From Minisyncoccota bacterium (GTDB taxonomy: Bacteria; Patescibacteriota; Minisyncoccia; Phycocordibacterales; UBA9973): DNA of 64,000 nucleotides. The notes under the pieces were generated by a model. It was not told the DNA's origin and made no database searches. It was given only the letters and a program-made list of their open reading frames with translations. Below are positions 28,681-38,320 of this stretch, piece after piece; position 1 is the stretch's first letter; the number at the start of each line of letters is the position of its first letter. The translations under genes and the position numbers were made by a program. The stretch spans positions 76,249 to 140,248 of the forward strand of contig JAGOUX010000001.1 in NCBI GenBank assembly GCA_018061035.1. The letters are read 5' to 3'.

Positions 28681-28753
28681 GAGAATACTTTAGCATAAAT
28701 AGTAAAAAACGCCAATTCCAAATAGATCTTTTGTGTGCTAGATTATAAGCAAC

Positions 28754-28825
28754 GTCCTCGTAGTTAAATGGATATAACGACTCCGTCCTAAGGAGTAATT
28801 GTAGGTTCGATTCCCGCCGAGGACA
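28754..28825 (+). tRNA. tRNA-Arg (anticodon CCT)
   Basis: Acceptor GTCCTCG/CGAGGAC, D-stem GTTA/TAAC, anticodon stem ACTCC/GGAGT with loop GTCCTAA, and T-loop TTCGATT. Confidence 0.8.
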
Positions 28826-28829
28826 CAAA

Positions 28830-29063
28830 TTAAAGCCCGAGTAATTCTACTATCTTTGGCTTATTAAAGCCGATAATCATATCATTATCGATTATTATTA
28901 CAGGCACACCCATCTGACCACTTTTATCGATCAATTCAGCTCTTAGATTAGCATCAGAAGCTACATCATGATCAGTAAAGGCAATATTATTTTCCTTAAA
29001 AAAGTCTTTGGCCATGTGGCAAAAATGACAAGATGGGGTTGAGTAAATAGTTACGTTTTTCAT
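28830..29063 (-). CDS. glutaredoxin-like protein
   Basis: 77 aa with a CHFC active site after beta1, a GVPVIIID motif and a thioredoxin fold. Confidence 0.75.
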   Translation of the reverse strand: MKNVTIYSTPSCHFCHMAKDFFKENNIAFTDHDVASDANLRAELIDKSGQMGVPVIIIDNDMIIGFNKPKIVELLGL

Positions 29064-29189
29064 ATATTTAAATAATTAGCTGATAGGCATCCATTATAAC
29101 ATGGGTCAAAAATGATGCAAAAGTTATAAAACGCTGCCAAGCATCTCGGCCCAGCAGCGTTCAATGATTTTGTTTTTTCTTGTCTCGCC

Positions 29190-29789
29190 TTATTTGATAG
29201 ACGTCGGTGGCTTGGGTTGGATGTCAATATTCATCTGGTCGGGTGCAGTCCCATCCAGAACCCGATACACCTGTGCCTTGGCGTCGTAGCCCGTGTGGTA
29301 ATGCAGAGAGCGCCAGGCAATATCGCCTGGCTGAGCGAGTGAACACTTGAGCGCCCTATCGTCTCCGATGAAGGTGTAATCCCACCGCTCGCCCGTTTGA
29401 GGGTTAACTGCCAAGATCATGCAAGCCGCCCTCTCGCTTGCAATTTGCTTGGTGTCTGTAGAGCCGACAAGCGCGCCGAATGCCGTGCTTGTGAGAACAC
29501 CAATCGGTGTCCCATTCAAGAGGACCGCAACGCCGCCGCCCACGGCCGCCCCAGTACCTGCGTTCGACTTGACGGTCGAAATCACCGTGCGGTTTTGACG
29601 AACCGACTCGACAAGCCATGGTGTCCACTTCCAGACCCCAAGGATGTCTTTCTGCTCCCAAGGCGCGGGGAGCTGGACTTTGGCTTCCGTCGACACAGTT
29701 TGAACCGCCCTGCCCTTCTGGGCAAAAACCGGCGGCATAGCACAACATAGAGCAATTACAACTACGAAGAACAACCTAGCTCGGTTCAT
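29190..29789 (-). CDS. secreted hypothetical protein (GC-rich islet)
   Basis: Sec signal MNRARLFFVVVIALCCAMPPVFAQ. GC content is far above background. Confidence 0.5.
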   Translation of the reverse strand: MNRARLFFVVVIALCCAMPPVFAQKGRAVQTVSTEAKVQLPAPWEQKDILGVWKWTPWLVESVRQNRTVISTVKSNAGTGAAVGGGVAVLLNGTPIGVLTSTAFGALVGSTDTKQIASERAACMILAVNPQTGERWDYTFIGDDRALKCSLAQPGDIAWRSLHYHTGYDAKAQVYRVLDGTAPDQMNIDIQPKPPTSIK

Positions 29790-29849
29790 TTGTTTCTCCC
29801 TCCTTTCATTTTTATACCATAATAAGTTAAAAAATCAAGTTTATGATTG

Positions 29850-29920
29850 TGCGGGGTGCGGGGATCGAACCCGCGTCTCAGCCTTGGGAAGGCCGCATCA
29901 TACCACTAAAATAATCCCGC
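29850..29920 (-). tRNA. tRNA-Gly (anticodon CCC) with an atypical D-arm
   Basis: Acceptor GCGGGAT/ACCCCGC (one A.C mismatch), anticodon stem CGGCC/GGCTG with loop TTCCCAA, and a perfect T-arm GCGGGTTCGATCCCCGC. The D-stem pairs poorly. Confidence 0.55.
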
Positions 29921-29934
29921 TGTTTTTTAAATAT

Positions 29935-30306
29935 TTATTTAAACCAATTTCTAAAGAATGAAAAGAAGCCATTATCTTCTTTTTGAGCTGGAATTTCAGA
30001 CTTCTCATCGACAACAATTATCAATTTCTCCCCTTCTTTGGCTAAGCCGAATTTCTCTCGAATACTTGCTTCTTTGCCTTTATCTGTATCGAGGGCAACT
30101 ATATCGAGACTTAATTTTTCTTTTGTTCTAGCTAGCTCTCTGACCTTATCTTCTGCAATATTTTTATTCTTACGAGTATTTTCCATTTTACCGAGCAATC
30201 CCACAACACCCCAAGCAAAAAACAACAGCAACAAGCCAAATAAAAACAAAAAAGGCCATGATAGGAAAATTTGGCTTGCACCTCTTTTTTCTTGAAAATT
30301 CCGCAT
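29935..30306 (-). CDS. single-TM coiled-coil protein (FtsB/DivIC-like?)
   Basis: 123 aa with an N-terminal TM helix followed by a charged coiled-coil segment. The family call is weak. Confidence 0.35.
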   Translation of the reverse strand: MRNFQEKRGASQIFLSWPFLFLFGLLLLFFAWGVVGLLGKMENTRKNKNIAEDKVRELARTKEKLSLDIVALDTDKGKEASIREKFGLAKEGEKLIIVVDEKSEIPAQKEDNGFFSFFRNWFK

Positions 30307-30452
30307 CTCGTTAGAAGCAGATCGCGATCAGGTCGCGTTGCTTAATTATAATATTGCTAATTTCCTTTATATTTGACTTCATTTTTTATTTGTATTTATA
30401 TTGCGATCGCGGCTTCTAACGAGACGCATACTATGATAGTATCATAGTATGC
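30307..30452. promoter_or_regulatory. regulatory region: 19-bp inverted-repeat arms around an AT-rich loop carrying a TTGACT-N17-TATTTAT promoter-like pair, followed by a perfect 27-nt palindrome
   Basis: Arm ctcgttagaagcagatcgcgatc (30307-30329) pairs with gatcgcggcttctaacgag (30404-30422). The palindrome gcatactatgatagtatcatagtatgc is at 30426-30452. Confidence 0.35.
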
Positions 30453-30576
30453 TTTTTAATAAAAAACATCAGAAAAAGATTCAAGTAATTTGGGCAGTTG
30501 TGGGAGCTATCGTTATGATCAGCACCATTCTCCTTTACTCTCCTCTAGGAACAAGATAGCTTGTTTGATTAACTTA

Positions 30577-32385
30577 TTACTGCTCAGCACCTCCTGAGCG
30601 CATCATCTTCAGAAATACATCCTGGGGTATATTTACCCGTCCGCGTTCTTTCATTTTCTTCTTGCCTTTTTTCTGCTTTTCTCTTAATTTCATCTTACGA
30701 GTTATGTCACCTCCATACATGTGTTGAGTGACATCTTTTTTCATACCAGAGATCGTGCGAGACGATATTATTCTTCCAAGTGCTTTGCCCTGGATCTTCA
30801 TAGTGAACATTTGTCTTGGTAAAATAGTGTGAAGCTTTTCTACGGCTTTTTCAGCTTCTTCTTCTACCCTCTTCTTAGACACCACACGAGAGAATGCCGG
30901 AACCACTTCATCTGCGACTAGTATATCCATACGAGTTACATTTGCTTCCCTGAGCTCGTTGAGTTCATAAGAAATAGAAGCGTAGCCAGATGAAACGCTC
31001 TTTAAATCATCAAAGAAATTACGCATGAGCTCCCGAAGAGGCATTTTCACTGACACTGAAGATCGGTTATCACCGAAATTATCCGTCTCTCCAACTTCTC
31101 CTTCGTGATCGAAAAGTAACTGCATGATACCTCCGAGATAAGGAGATGGGGTGATTATCTTCACTGAAACCCATGGCTCATGCACTGATTCAATACTGCT
31201 GTCATCCGGAAAGAAATATGGGGAATATATTTTTTCTCTTTTGCCATGAATATCCACTACTTCATAAGTAATAGACGGTGTAGTGATTACCAATTCAAGA
31301 TCGAATTCTCTTTTTAGTCTTTCGGTAATAATCTCCAGGTGGAGCATACCCAAGAATCCACAACGAAAACCACGACCAAGAGATCCACTTGATTCTTCTT
31401 CATATGAAAATGCCGAGTCGGAAAGCTTAAGCTTACCGAGTGCTGCCTTCAATTCTGTAAAATCATCCGCATCTTCAGGAAACACCGATGCCCAAACTAC
31501 TGGCAAAGCTTTCATGTATCCAGAGAGTGGTGGCAAAGGATTCTTAGACATAGTGATGGTATCTCCAACCGATGCAATACCTGGCTTTTTAATTCCAGTA
31601 ACTATATATCCAGTATCACCGGAAGACAAAATATCACGCGGAGTTTCCTCGGGAGAAAATGTGCCTATCTCAAGTGACGAAAATTTTTCTTCAGAGATCG
31701 AGAACATTAGATTATCTCCTTTTCTCACCTGACCATCCAAAATTCGCACGAACACTATCACACCTTTATGGTTTGAATATTTAAAATCAAACACAAGCGC
31801 TCGAAGAACATTCTCGCCTGCATAAGTTTCTGTCGGTGCAGGGACTCGCTTGATAACCTCGCTCAAGAGATTCTCTACGCCCTCGCCTGTACGACCAGAA
31901 ACTAGAAGTATCTCACTTTCATCACAACCAAGTAGTTGCATTACTTCATCCTTGACCTCATCCACTCGAGAAAGCGGTGAGTCTATTTTGGATAACACAG
32001 GTATTATTTTCAATCCTCCATCTCTAGCCATAGCCAGAGTTGTAAGAGTCTGAGCTTGAACTCCCTGAGTCGAATCCACAAGCAATATGGAGCCTTCTAC
32101 GGCCTTTAGAGCTCGGGAAACCTCATAGGAGAAGTCTATGTGCCCAGGAGTATCAATGAGGTTTAAAACGTATTTTTCGCCGTTTAAAGAGTATTCCATT
32201 CGCACCGGTTGCATCTTGATAGTGATACCTCTCTCCCGCTCCAGCTCCATAGAATCAAGCACTTGATCCCGCATTTTACGAGTCTCGATAGTGTGAGTGA
32301 TTTCAAGCATTCTATCAGCCAAGGTACTTTTACCATGGTCGATATGAGCTATGATGCTGAAGTTTCTAATGTTATTTAATCTCAT
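30577..32385 (-). CDS. lepA: elongation factor 4 (LepA)
   Basis: GTPase motifs AHIDHGKST, DTPGH and NKID. The C-terminus is LepA-specific. 602 aa. Confidence 0.9.
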   Translation of the reverse strand: MRLNNIRNFSIIAHIDHGKSTLADRMLEITHTIETRKMRDQVLDSMELERERGITIKMQPVRMEYSLNGEKYVLNLIDTPGHIDFSYEVSRALKAVEGSILLVDSTQGVQAQTLTTLAMARDGGLKIIPVLSKIDSPLSRVDEVKDEVMQLLGCDESEILLVSGRTGEGVENLLSEVIKRVPAPTETYAGENVLRALVFDFKYSNHKGVIVFVRILDGQVRKGDNLMFSISEEKFSSLEIGTFSPEETPRDILSSGDTGYIVTGIKKPGIASVGDTITMSKNPLPPLSGYMKALPVVWASVFPEDADDFTELKAALGKLKLSDSAFSYEEESSGSLGRGFRCGFLGMLHLEIITERLKREFDLELVITTPSITYEVVDIHGKREKIYSPYFFPDDSSIESVHEPWVSVKIITPSPYLGGIMQLLFDHEGEVGETDNFGDNRSSVSVKMPLRELMRNFFDDLKSVSSGYASISYELNELREANVTRMDILVADEVVPAFSRVVSKKRVEEEAEKAVEKLHTILPRQMFTMKIQGKALGRIISSRTISGMKKDVTQHMYGGDITRKMKLREKQKKGKKKMKERGRVNIPQDVFLKMMRSGGAEQ

Positions 32386-32460
32386 CCCAGTACTAAATTT
32401 TAATTAATAATTCTCATCTTTATGCCCCGTAATCAAAAATTTAGTACGGGACAAGTATTT

Positions 32461-34224
32461 TTATTCTTCTAAAAATCCTCCTGTCTGATGATTCCACAGA
32501 TCTGCATATACACCACCTCTTGCTAAGAGCTCTTGGTGTGTACCATCTTCTACTATCTTACCAGCATCGAGCACTATTATCCTATCTAATTTTTGAATTG
32601 TTGAAAGTCTGTGTGCTATGACGATAGTGGTTTTTCCTTTCATTAGTTTTTCAAAAGCATCCTGAATATACGACTCGCTGATGCTGTCGAGGCTACTAGT
32701 TGCTTCGTCTAGTATCAATATAGGTGAATCCTTGAGCATAGCTCGAGCAATGGCTACTCGCTGTCGCTCTCCTCCTGAGAGCTTTACACCCCGCTCGCCC
32801 ACCAGTGTATCGTAGCCCTTAGGAAGCTTAGAAATGAATTCATGTGCATGCGCTTTTTTCGCAACTTCAATTATTTCTTCTTCAGTAGTATTGGGTTTGC
32901 TGTAAGAAATATTTTCCTTAATATTTCGGTGAAAAAGTATTGAGTCTTGAGGAACATATGCGATAGCCGAACGTAGGTCGTTTTGAGTAATGTCTTGAAT
33001 ATTCTGTCCATCGATGGCGATACTTCCCTTTGAAATCTCAGTAAATCTAAGCAGTAATTTTGTTATGGTAGATTTACCTGCTCCAGAGTGTCCAACCAAA
33101 CCAACTTTTTCTCCCGGCTTAATTTCTAAATTAAAATTCTCGAGCACATCAACTCCACCTGGATAACTAAACGAAATATTGTTAAATAAGATATGACCCT
33201 TATGAATTTTCATCTCTTCTGATTTATCTGAATCTTTAATGTCTATCGGAGTATCAAATATATCAACCACTTCCTGCATTTCAGTTAAAGATTTTACAGC
33301 TCGCGCAAGAGATCTGCCTAAAGTCCATAATATTCCAAACAAACTTATCATGTATGTTTCTATCATGATAAAGGTTCCCACACTTATTTTGCCCAAATAC
33401 CAAAATCTAAGACTCAAAAATAAGATAGTGAGCTGAAGAGAAAACATCATTATGGCCTTTGCAATATTTTGAAGATTGTCCAAATACCACGCTCTTCGAC
33501 GTTTTAGCTCCTCATCATTGGTTACAAGCTTAAAACTTTCTTCCTCCGATTTATCAGCACTGAATATCTTGATGTTTAAAATATTCATAACCGCATCTGA
33601 AAGCTTTCCTGTCACGATTGAGTCTGCCTCTGCCTCTATAGAATCATAAGCAATTTTCTTTTTGATAAAAAATATTGTTACCAATAGGTAGACTATCGCC
33701 CAGCCAAGAAATACCCACGCAATTGTTGGCGCATTTATAAATAAAACAACCACAACTCCGACCAATGAAATAAGCGAAAACCATATCTGAAAACTAACAA
33801 TATCGAAAAAAGTTTCGAACGACTTTCTGAATCTCTTCGCTTTTGCAACGATACTGCCAGAAAAATTGTTTGAGAAAAAATGATACGAGTGACGGAGAAT
33901 ACGAGAGAATGTGAAATCGTACATTTCCTTCATTGTTTTACTCTGAAAATATGCGTTCGCATAATCTCCCATTCGAAAACCGATATTGTAAATAATTGTC
34001 GTTATAAATATAACGACAAGGACATGAATCGCTTGGGAGTATACTAGATCTTTTGCCGCACCAGAAGAAAGAAGGTCGATGATTCTTCGAAACAATAGCG
34101 GCTGCACGATATCATTAAATACCACACCGATCAAATATCCCAAAAATACAAGACAAAAAGCCAGTCGCTGTTTGCGTATCTGGGGCCATAAATAATACCA
34201 AATTCGTCGAAAGTTAACTTCCAT
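32461..34224 (-). CDS. ABC transporter, fused permease/ATP-binding (MsbA-like exporter)
   Basis: 6-TM N-terminal half, Walker A GHSGAGKST, signature LSGGERQR and Walker B ILILDEATS. Confidence 0.85.
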   Translation of the reverse strand: MEVNFRRIWYYLWPQIRKQRLAFCLVFLGYLIGVVFNDIVQPLLFRRIIDLLSSGAAKDLVYSQAIHVLVVIFITTIIYNIGFRMGDYANAYFQSKTMKEMYDFTFSRILRHSYHFFSNNFSGSIVAKAKRFRKSFETFFDIVSFQIWFSLISLVGVVVVLFINAPTIAWVFLGWAIVYLLVTIFFIKKKIAYDSIEAEADSIVTGKLSDAVMNILNIKIFSADKSEEESFKLVTNDEELKRRRAWYLDNLQNIAKAIMMFSLQLTILFLSLRFWYLGKISVGTFIMIETYMISLFGILWTLGRSLARAVKSLTEMQEVVDIFDTPIDIKDSDKSEEMKIHKGHILFNNISFSYPGGVDVLENFNLEIKPGEKVGLVGHSGAGKSTITKLLLRFTEISKGSIAIDGQNIQDITQNDLRSAIAYVPQDSILFHRNIKENISYSKPNTTEEEIIEVAKKAHAHEFISKLPKGYDTLVGERGVKLSGGERQRVAIARAMLKDSPILILDEATSSLDSISESYIQDAFEKLMKGKTTIVIAHRLSTIQKLDRIIVLDAGKIVEDGTHQELLARGGVYADLWNHQTGGFLEE

Positions 34225-34272
34225 AATATTTATTGCATTCTAGCAGAAAAACCCTATATTTCAAAGACGAAA

Positions 34273-35952
34273 CTAGAGCCCTTCTTCGGGTGAAGTGACG
34301 ACTTTGGCTTTCCAGAACTTAGTCTTGAATGTTTGAATAAGCTCGTTCATCTCTTCGCTCTTCAGCATATAGAGCGTAAATATTGCAGCAATTATGCCAA
34401 ATAGTCCTGACAGGAAGCCTTGCAGGAAGACTCCCCAAAATGTCACCGTACCAAAAATAGGTGAAAGGATATTTAAGCTGATATAAGCAACCAAGCCGAG
34501 CATAAATGATGCTCCGAGGCTTTGGAAAAATGTTTTTGTGATAAATGACTCTTCTGGCATAAAATCTCTTTTTACAAATATCCAATGCAGGATAAAATTA
34601 ACTATTGTTCCTACAGAATACGCAAGTGGAAGCATGAGAACTTCAGTTCCCGGTATGTCACTAACCTTTAGCAGTGATTCTATGAAATATCTAAATACTA
34701 AAACATTTTGGAATAAGTGGGTAAACACAAAAGACAAAACAATTATTAGTATCGAGCAAATCAAATTTACAATAAGCGGGCGTTTGGTGTCTCCGGTCGC
34801 ATAATATGAACGGGAAATAAGTGTAATCATGCCTTGAGCAAGTATTGAAAGAGAAAATACTGCCAAGCAAGCCGCCACCAATCGAGTATCGTCCCAAGAA
34901 AATGATCCTGATCCGAGTATTACCCGCACTATCTGCGCACGCACGACGATAAACAGAAATATAACAGGCAGAGACCAAAATACGATCGCCCGCGCTGCCG
35001 CTTTGAGATGCACTCTGAACTCATCCATCTTCCCTGCTGAGATAGCTTTCGCGAGGGTTGGAAATGCCGCCACTGCATACGATATACCGATAATATTTAG
35101 TGGCACAGATTGAAGATTGAATGAGAAATTAAATACCGATATTGATCCTGGTTTAAGAAATGAAGCTAGAGCAATAATACATATCAGAGAAATATTATTA
35201 AATGCCAATCCTAGAGTTCTAGGCAATGAAGTTTTTGCGACTTTGGCCATATCACCAAAGTTGATGCTAAAGGAAAACTTGGGAGTGAAGCCCGATGAAT
35301 GAGAAGATATTGCCTGCACTACAAAATGCATAAAAGCACCAAATGCTACCCCTATTCCCAGGCCATATATTCCAAACATTGGATATAAAAACATTACCCC
35401 GACAATGATACCGAGATTGTAAAATATCGGCGATAATGAATAGATGAAGAATTTTCGAAACAATTGAGTCACTGTACCGAATAGATTAGACAATCCCATA
35501 AGTATTGGCGAGAGCAACATGATACGTGAGAGCATCACCACCTTTTCTTGGTACACAGGATCGAATCCGGGAGCTATGTAATGTACGACATATGGCATCA
35601 AAAAAAATGCGATCACTGATACGAATATCATAAGCATCAAAAATACCGTGAATACATCATTCAGGTATTTTTGTGCTTCTTTGGTAACCTTGTCTCCGTC
35701 CATCCTCGCAACTAAAAACGGGATAATCACAGTTATCGAGGCCAATGAAGCAATACAAATAAATATCAAATCAGGCACTCGAAACGCTGCATAGTAGGAA
35801 TCCAAGGATTGCGAAGGACCTATAAAGTGCGCAATTGCGCGATCACGAAATAAAGCCAGTATTTGTGAAAGCAGAGTAAAAGAGCCTAGCAACAACGCAG
35901 CCTGGTTGACGCTACGGTATTCTTTGCTGAAAATTCGGAAGATCTTCTCCAT
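34273..35952 (-). CDS. murJ: lipid II flippase MurJ (MviN family)
   Basis: 559 aa with about 14 TM helices and an MviN-type N-terminal region (AALLLGSFTLLSQILALFRDR). Confidence 0.75.
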   Translation of the reverse strand: MEKIFRIFSKEYRSVNQAALLLGSFTLLSQILALFRDRAIAHFIGPSQSLDSYYAAFRVPDLIFICIASLASITVIIPFLVARMDGDKVTKEAQKYLNDVFTVFLMLMIFVSVIAFFLMPYVVHYIAPGFDPVYQEKVVMLSRIMLLSPILMGLSNLFGTVTQLFRKFFIYSLSPIFYNLGIIVGVMFLYPMFGIYGLGIGVAFGAFMHFVVQAISSHSSGFTPKFSFSINFGDMAKVAKTSLPRTLGLAFNNISLICIIALASFLKPGSISVFNFSFNLQSVPLNIIGISYAVAAFPTLAKAISAGKMDEFRVHLKAAARAIVFWSLPVIFLFIVVRAQIVRVILGSGSFSWDDTRLVAACLAVFSLSILAQGMITLISRSYYATGDTKRPLIVNLICSILIIVLSFVFTHLFQNVLVFRYFIESLLKVSDIPGTEVLMLPLAYSVGTIVNFILHWIFVKRDFMPEESFITKTFFQSLGASFMLGLVAYISLNILSPIFGTVTFWGVFLQGFLSGLFGIIAAIFTLYMLKSEEMNELIQTFKTKFWKAKVVTSPEEGL

Positions 35953-36092
35953 CCCGTTAGAGATAGGAAATGCAATGCATTTCCATATTTATATTAATTC
36001 TAATGAGTGACCTTTCCATAAACCTATTATTACATATAGGCTTAGAATAATAAACTGAGTAATCTCTAATGGGATCCATTCTTATTCAATTA

Positions 36093-38234
36093 CTAATTGT
36101 TAGACTTTTCTTCTTTTACAGTTTCAGGAATTACAGGTGGAGTAGAGTTATTCTTTAAAGCATTCACATAATTTATCAAATCAGTATTCTGTGGATACAA
36201 GGCTAGTGCTTGTTCTGCATAAGCTATAGCTGTCTTTAGATCTCCCTGATTCTTGGCAATCTGAGCAAGGGTAATTATCGCATCTAAGAAGTTTGGCTTG
36301 AGAGCGAGAGCCTTAAGGGTGAGTTCTTTGGCCTCAGAAACTTTGTCAGCATTGAGGGCCACATTGGCTAGTGCTAATTGAATACCTGGATTAAGTGGAT
36401 TTAGTGTTGCAGCTTTGGTGTATGAATCTACTGCACCCTCGTAGGCATCTTTTATTCCTAATACAGCCGCGGTTCCGTACACATTTCCTAGTGATTGAAA
36501 GTTGAGATGATTCATATTATTGAACCTTGTTGCTGCTTGTGCACCATTAACTGCTTCTTGAAATGCAGTTTGAAATTGCGCCTTCTCAGCTTCAGTGAGA
36601 TCATTTCCCTTTTGAGACAATAGACTAATCTTACTTAAATACACCTGAGAATATGTTCTGAGGTACAAATCATTTACATACAATGACAATGTCTTAGCAA
36701 TAGATGCTTCTGCTTGTGCAACTCGTGGACTTGGATTTTCGGTCGAAGTCTGAAATGCTTGTAAGGTTTTAGCATAATAAGGCACTGAGGCAAAGCGTTC
36801 GATGAACTTAAATGTTGCTGCAGCTGAGGCCACAAGGACCACAACAAGAAACAGAATGAAGAAGAAACTTTTTCTATGATCATCTAAGAATTGTATTGTG
36901 ACATGGCCGTGAGATTTCTGGTGTGCAGAGAGACCGATAAATACTCCAGTAAAAGCAAAGGCCAATAAGAAACTCGCAGTTCCGACTGAGTAGAAAAAAG
37001 ATGAAATAAACAAATATAATGCTAGGACAAAAAATGCCACCATTTCTTTATTTACTCCTTTGTCTAGGTTCGAAAATACTGATCTAACACCAATAGTTAT
37101 GAATAGAGCGAAAAACACTAGCCAAGAAAGAATTCCCAAGTAGCCATTTGTCGCCAGAAGACTAGGAATCAAACCCGAGCCATGATCAAAGGATACGTCC
37201 CAAAAATCGCTTGTATTTACTTTCGCTGGCTTGTACATTGACCAGATATCTGCAAATCTATTTGGACCTATTCCCAAAACAGGGTTGTGAGCAAGTGATT
37301 GCTTTGCTACAGACATGGTAGCCAAGAAATTAGGACTAGGGTCGATGTTGGCAAGACCAAGTTTTTGTGGAATCATTCCTCCAATAAATTGACCTGACAT
37401 AAAGAACAAAAGAGATATCATCACGATAGCAAAAGAAAATGCTGGGAACTGTGGTTTTGCTCCTTCATTTTCCTTACGAGAAAAAAATGACACTTTGTAA
37501 ACAAATATAATGAGAGAGAATATACCGAGCATCTCCCAGGCAAAAGTAAAATTCACCGCAGCAACCAATGTCATCGATAATGCGATCAAGGCTCCAAAGA
37601 AAAATTTACTTTTTTTAGTTACCGAAAAGAATTCAATAATTATAAGCGACAATAGAGCTGAGAATCCTGCAAATATTCCAAATGCATTCCATGATCCAAA
37701 CATGTTGTCTGTCTTTGCACCCATCACTCCAAGTGAGAGTAAAGTTGGCATAAAGAATCTCATAATTTGAAATAACATAACTACTGCACCAGAAATCAGT
37801 GTTCCAAACAAAACCATATTAGCATTACGCGCATCCCTTAGAACGACAGAACATGCACACATAAACAAAATTGCAGTAAAAATAAACCAGAAGCTACCAA
37901 TATCAAACATTGTTCCAAAAAATGATACATTAGGTGCCGAAGAGAAGAATGCCGAGAGAAGTACTACCAACACCACTCCAAAACCCGAGAACAACAGCCA
38001 AGATTTAGGAAGAGTTATCTTTCCATCAGAGAAACGTGCGAGTGCCCAGAAAATCACTGAGACTGACAAACCCACTACAAATAAAAGGGCCTTCGAAGTT
38101 TCAATCGGTATCTGAGTAAAAGGCAAGAAAAAAACTGGCAAAAGCACTATGACCAAGAACAAGGATAAGAAAGAAATTCTATCTAAAATATTTGACCACA
38201 TATGATTTAAGGAAATCATGCAGAGCAACGACAA
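36093..38234 (-). CDS. O-antigen ligase-like polytopic membrane protein with C-terminal TPR repeats
   Basis: About 12 TM helices plus a large periplasmic loop, and C-terminal TPR units (AYEGAVDSYTKAATLNP..., ...ALALKPNFLDAI...). Confidence 0.5.
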   Translation of the reverse strand: MSLLCMISLNHMWSNILDRISFLSLFLVIVLLPVFFLPFTQIPIETSKALLFVVGLSVSVIFWALARFSDGKITLPKSWLLFSGFGVVLVVLLSAFFSSAPNVSFFGTMFDIGSFWFIFTAILFMCACSVVLRDARNANMVLFGTLISGAVVMLFQIMRFFMPTLLSLGVMGAKTDNMFGSWNAFGIFAGFSALLSLIIIEFFSVTKKSKFFFGALIALSMTLVAAVNFTFAWEMLGIFSLIIFVYKVSFFSRKENEGAKPQFPAFSFAIVMISLLFFMSGQFIGGMIPQKLGLANIDPSPNFLATMSVAKQSLAHNPVLGIGPNRFADIWSMYKPAKVNTSDFWDVSFDHGSGLIPSLLATNGYLGILSWLVFFALFITIGVRSVFSNLDKGVNKEMVAFFVLALYLFISSFFYSVGTASFLLAFAFTGVFIGLSAHQKSHGHVTIQFLDDHRKSFFFILFLVVVLVASAAATFKFIERFASVPYYAKTLQAFQTSTENPSPRVAQAEASIAKTLSLYVNDLYLRTYSQVYLSKISLLSQKGNDLTEAEKAQFQTAFQEAVNGAQAATRFNNMNHLNFQSLGNVYGTAAVLGIKDAYEGAVDSYTKAATLNPLNPGIQLALANVALNADKVSEAKELTLKALALKPNFLDAIITLAQIAKNQGDLKTAIAYAEQALALYPQNTDLINYVNALKNNSTPPVIPETVKEEKSNN

Positions 38235-38320
38235 TTACAGCTCGGCACTAATAAATTCTAATAAAGACGACTATTAACTTAATAATTATATCTAGTATAC
38301 CAACAAAAAACAAACTAAGC

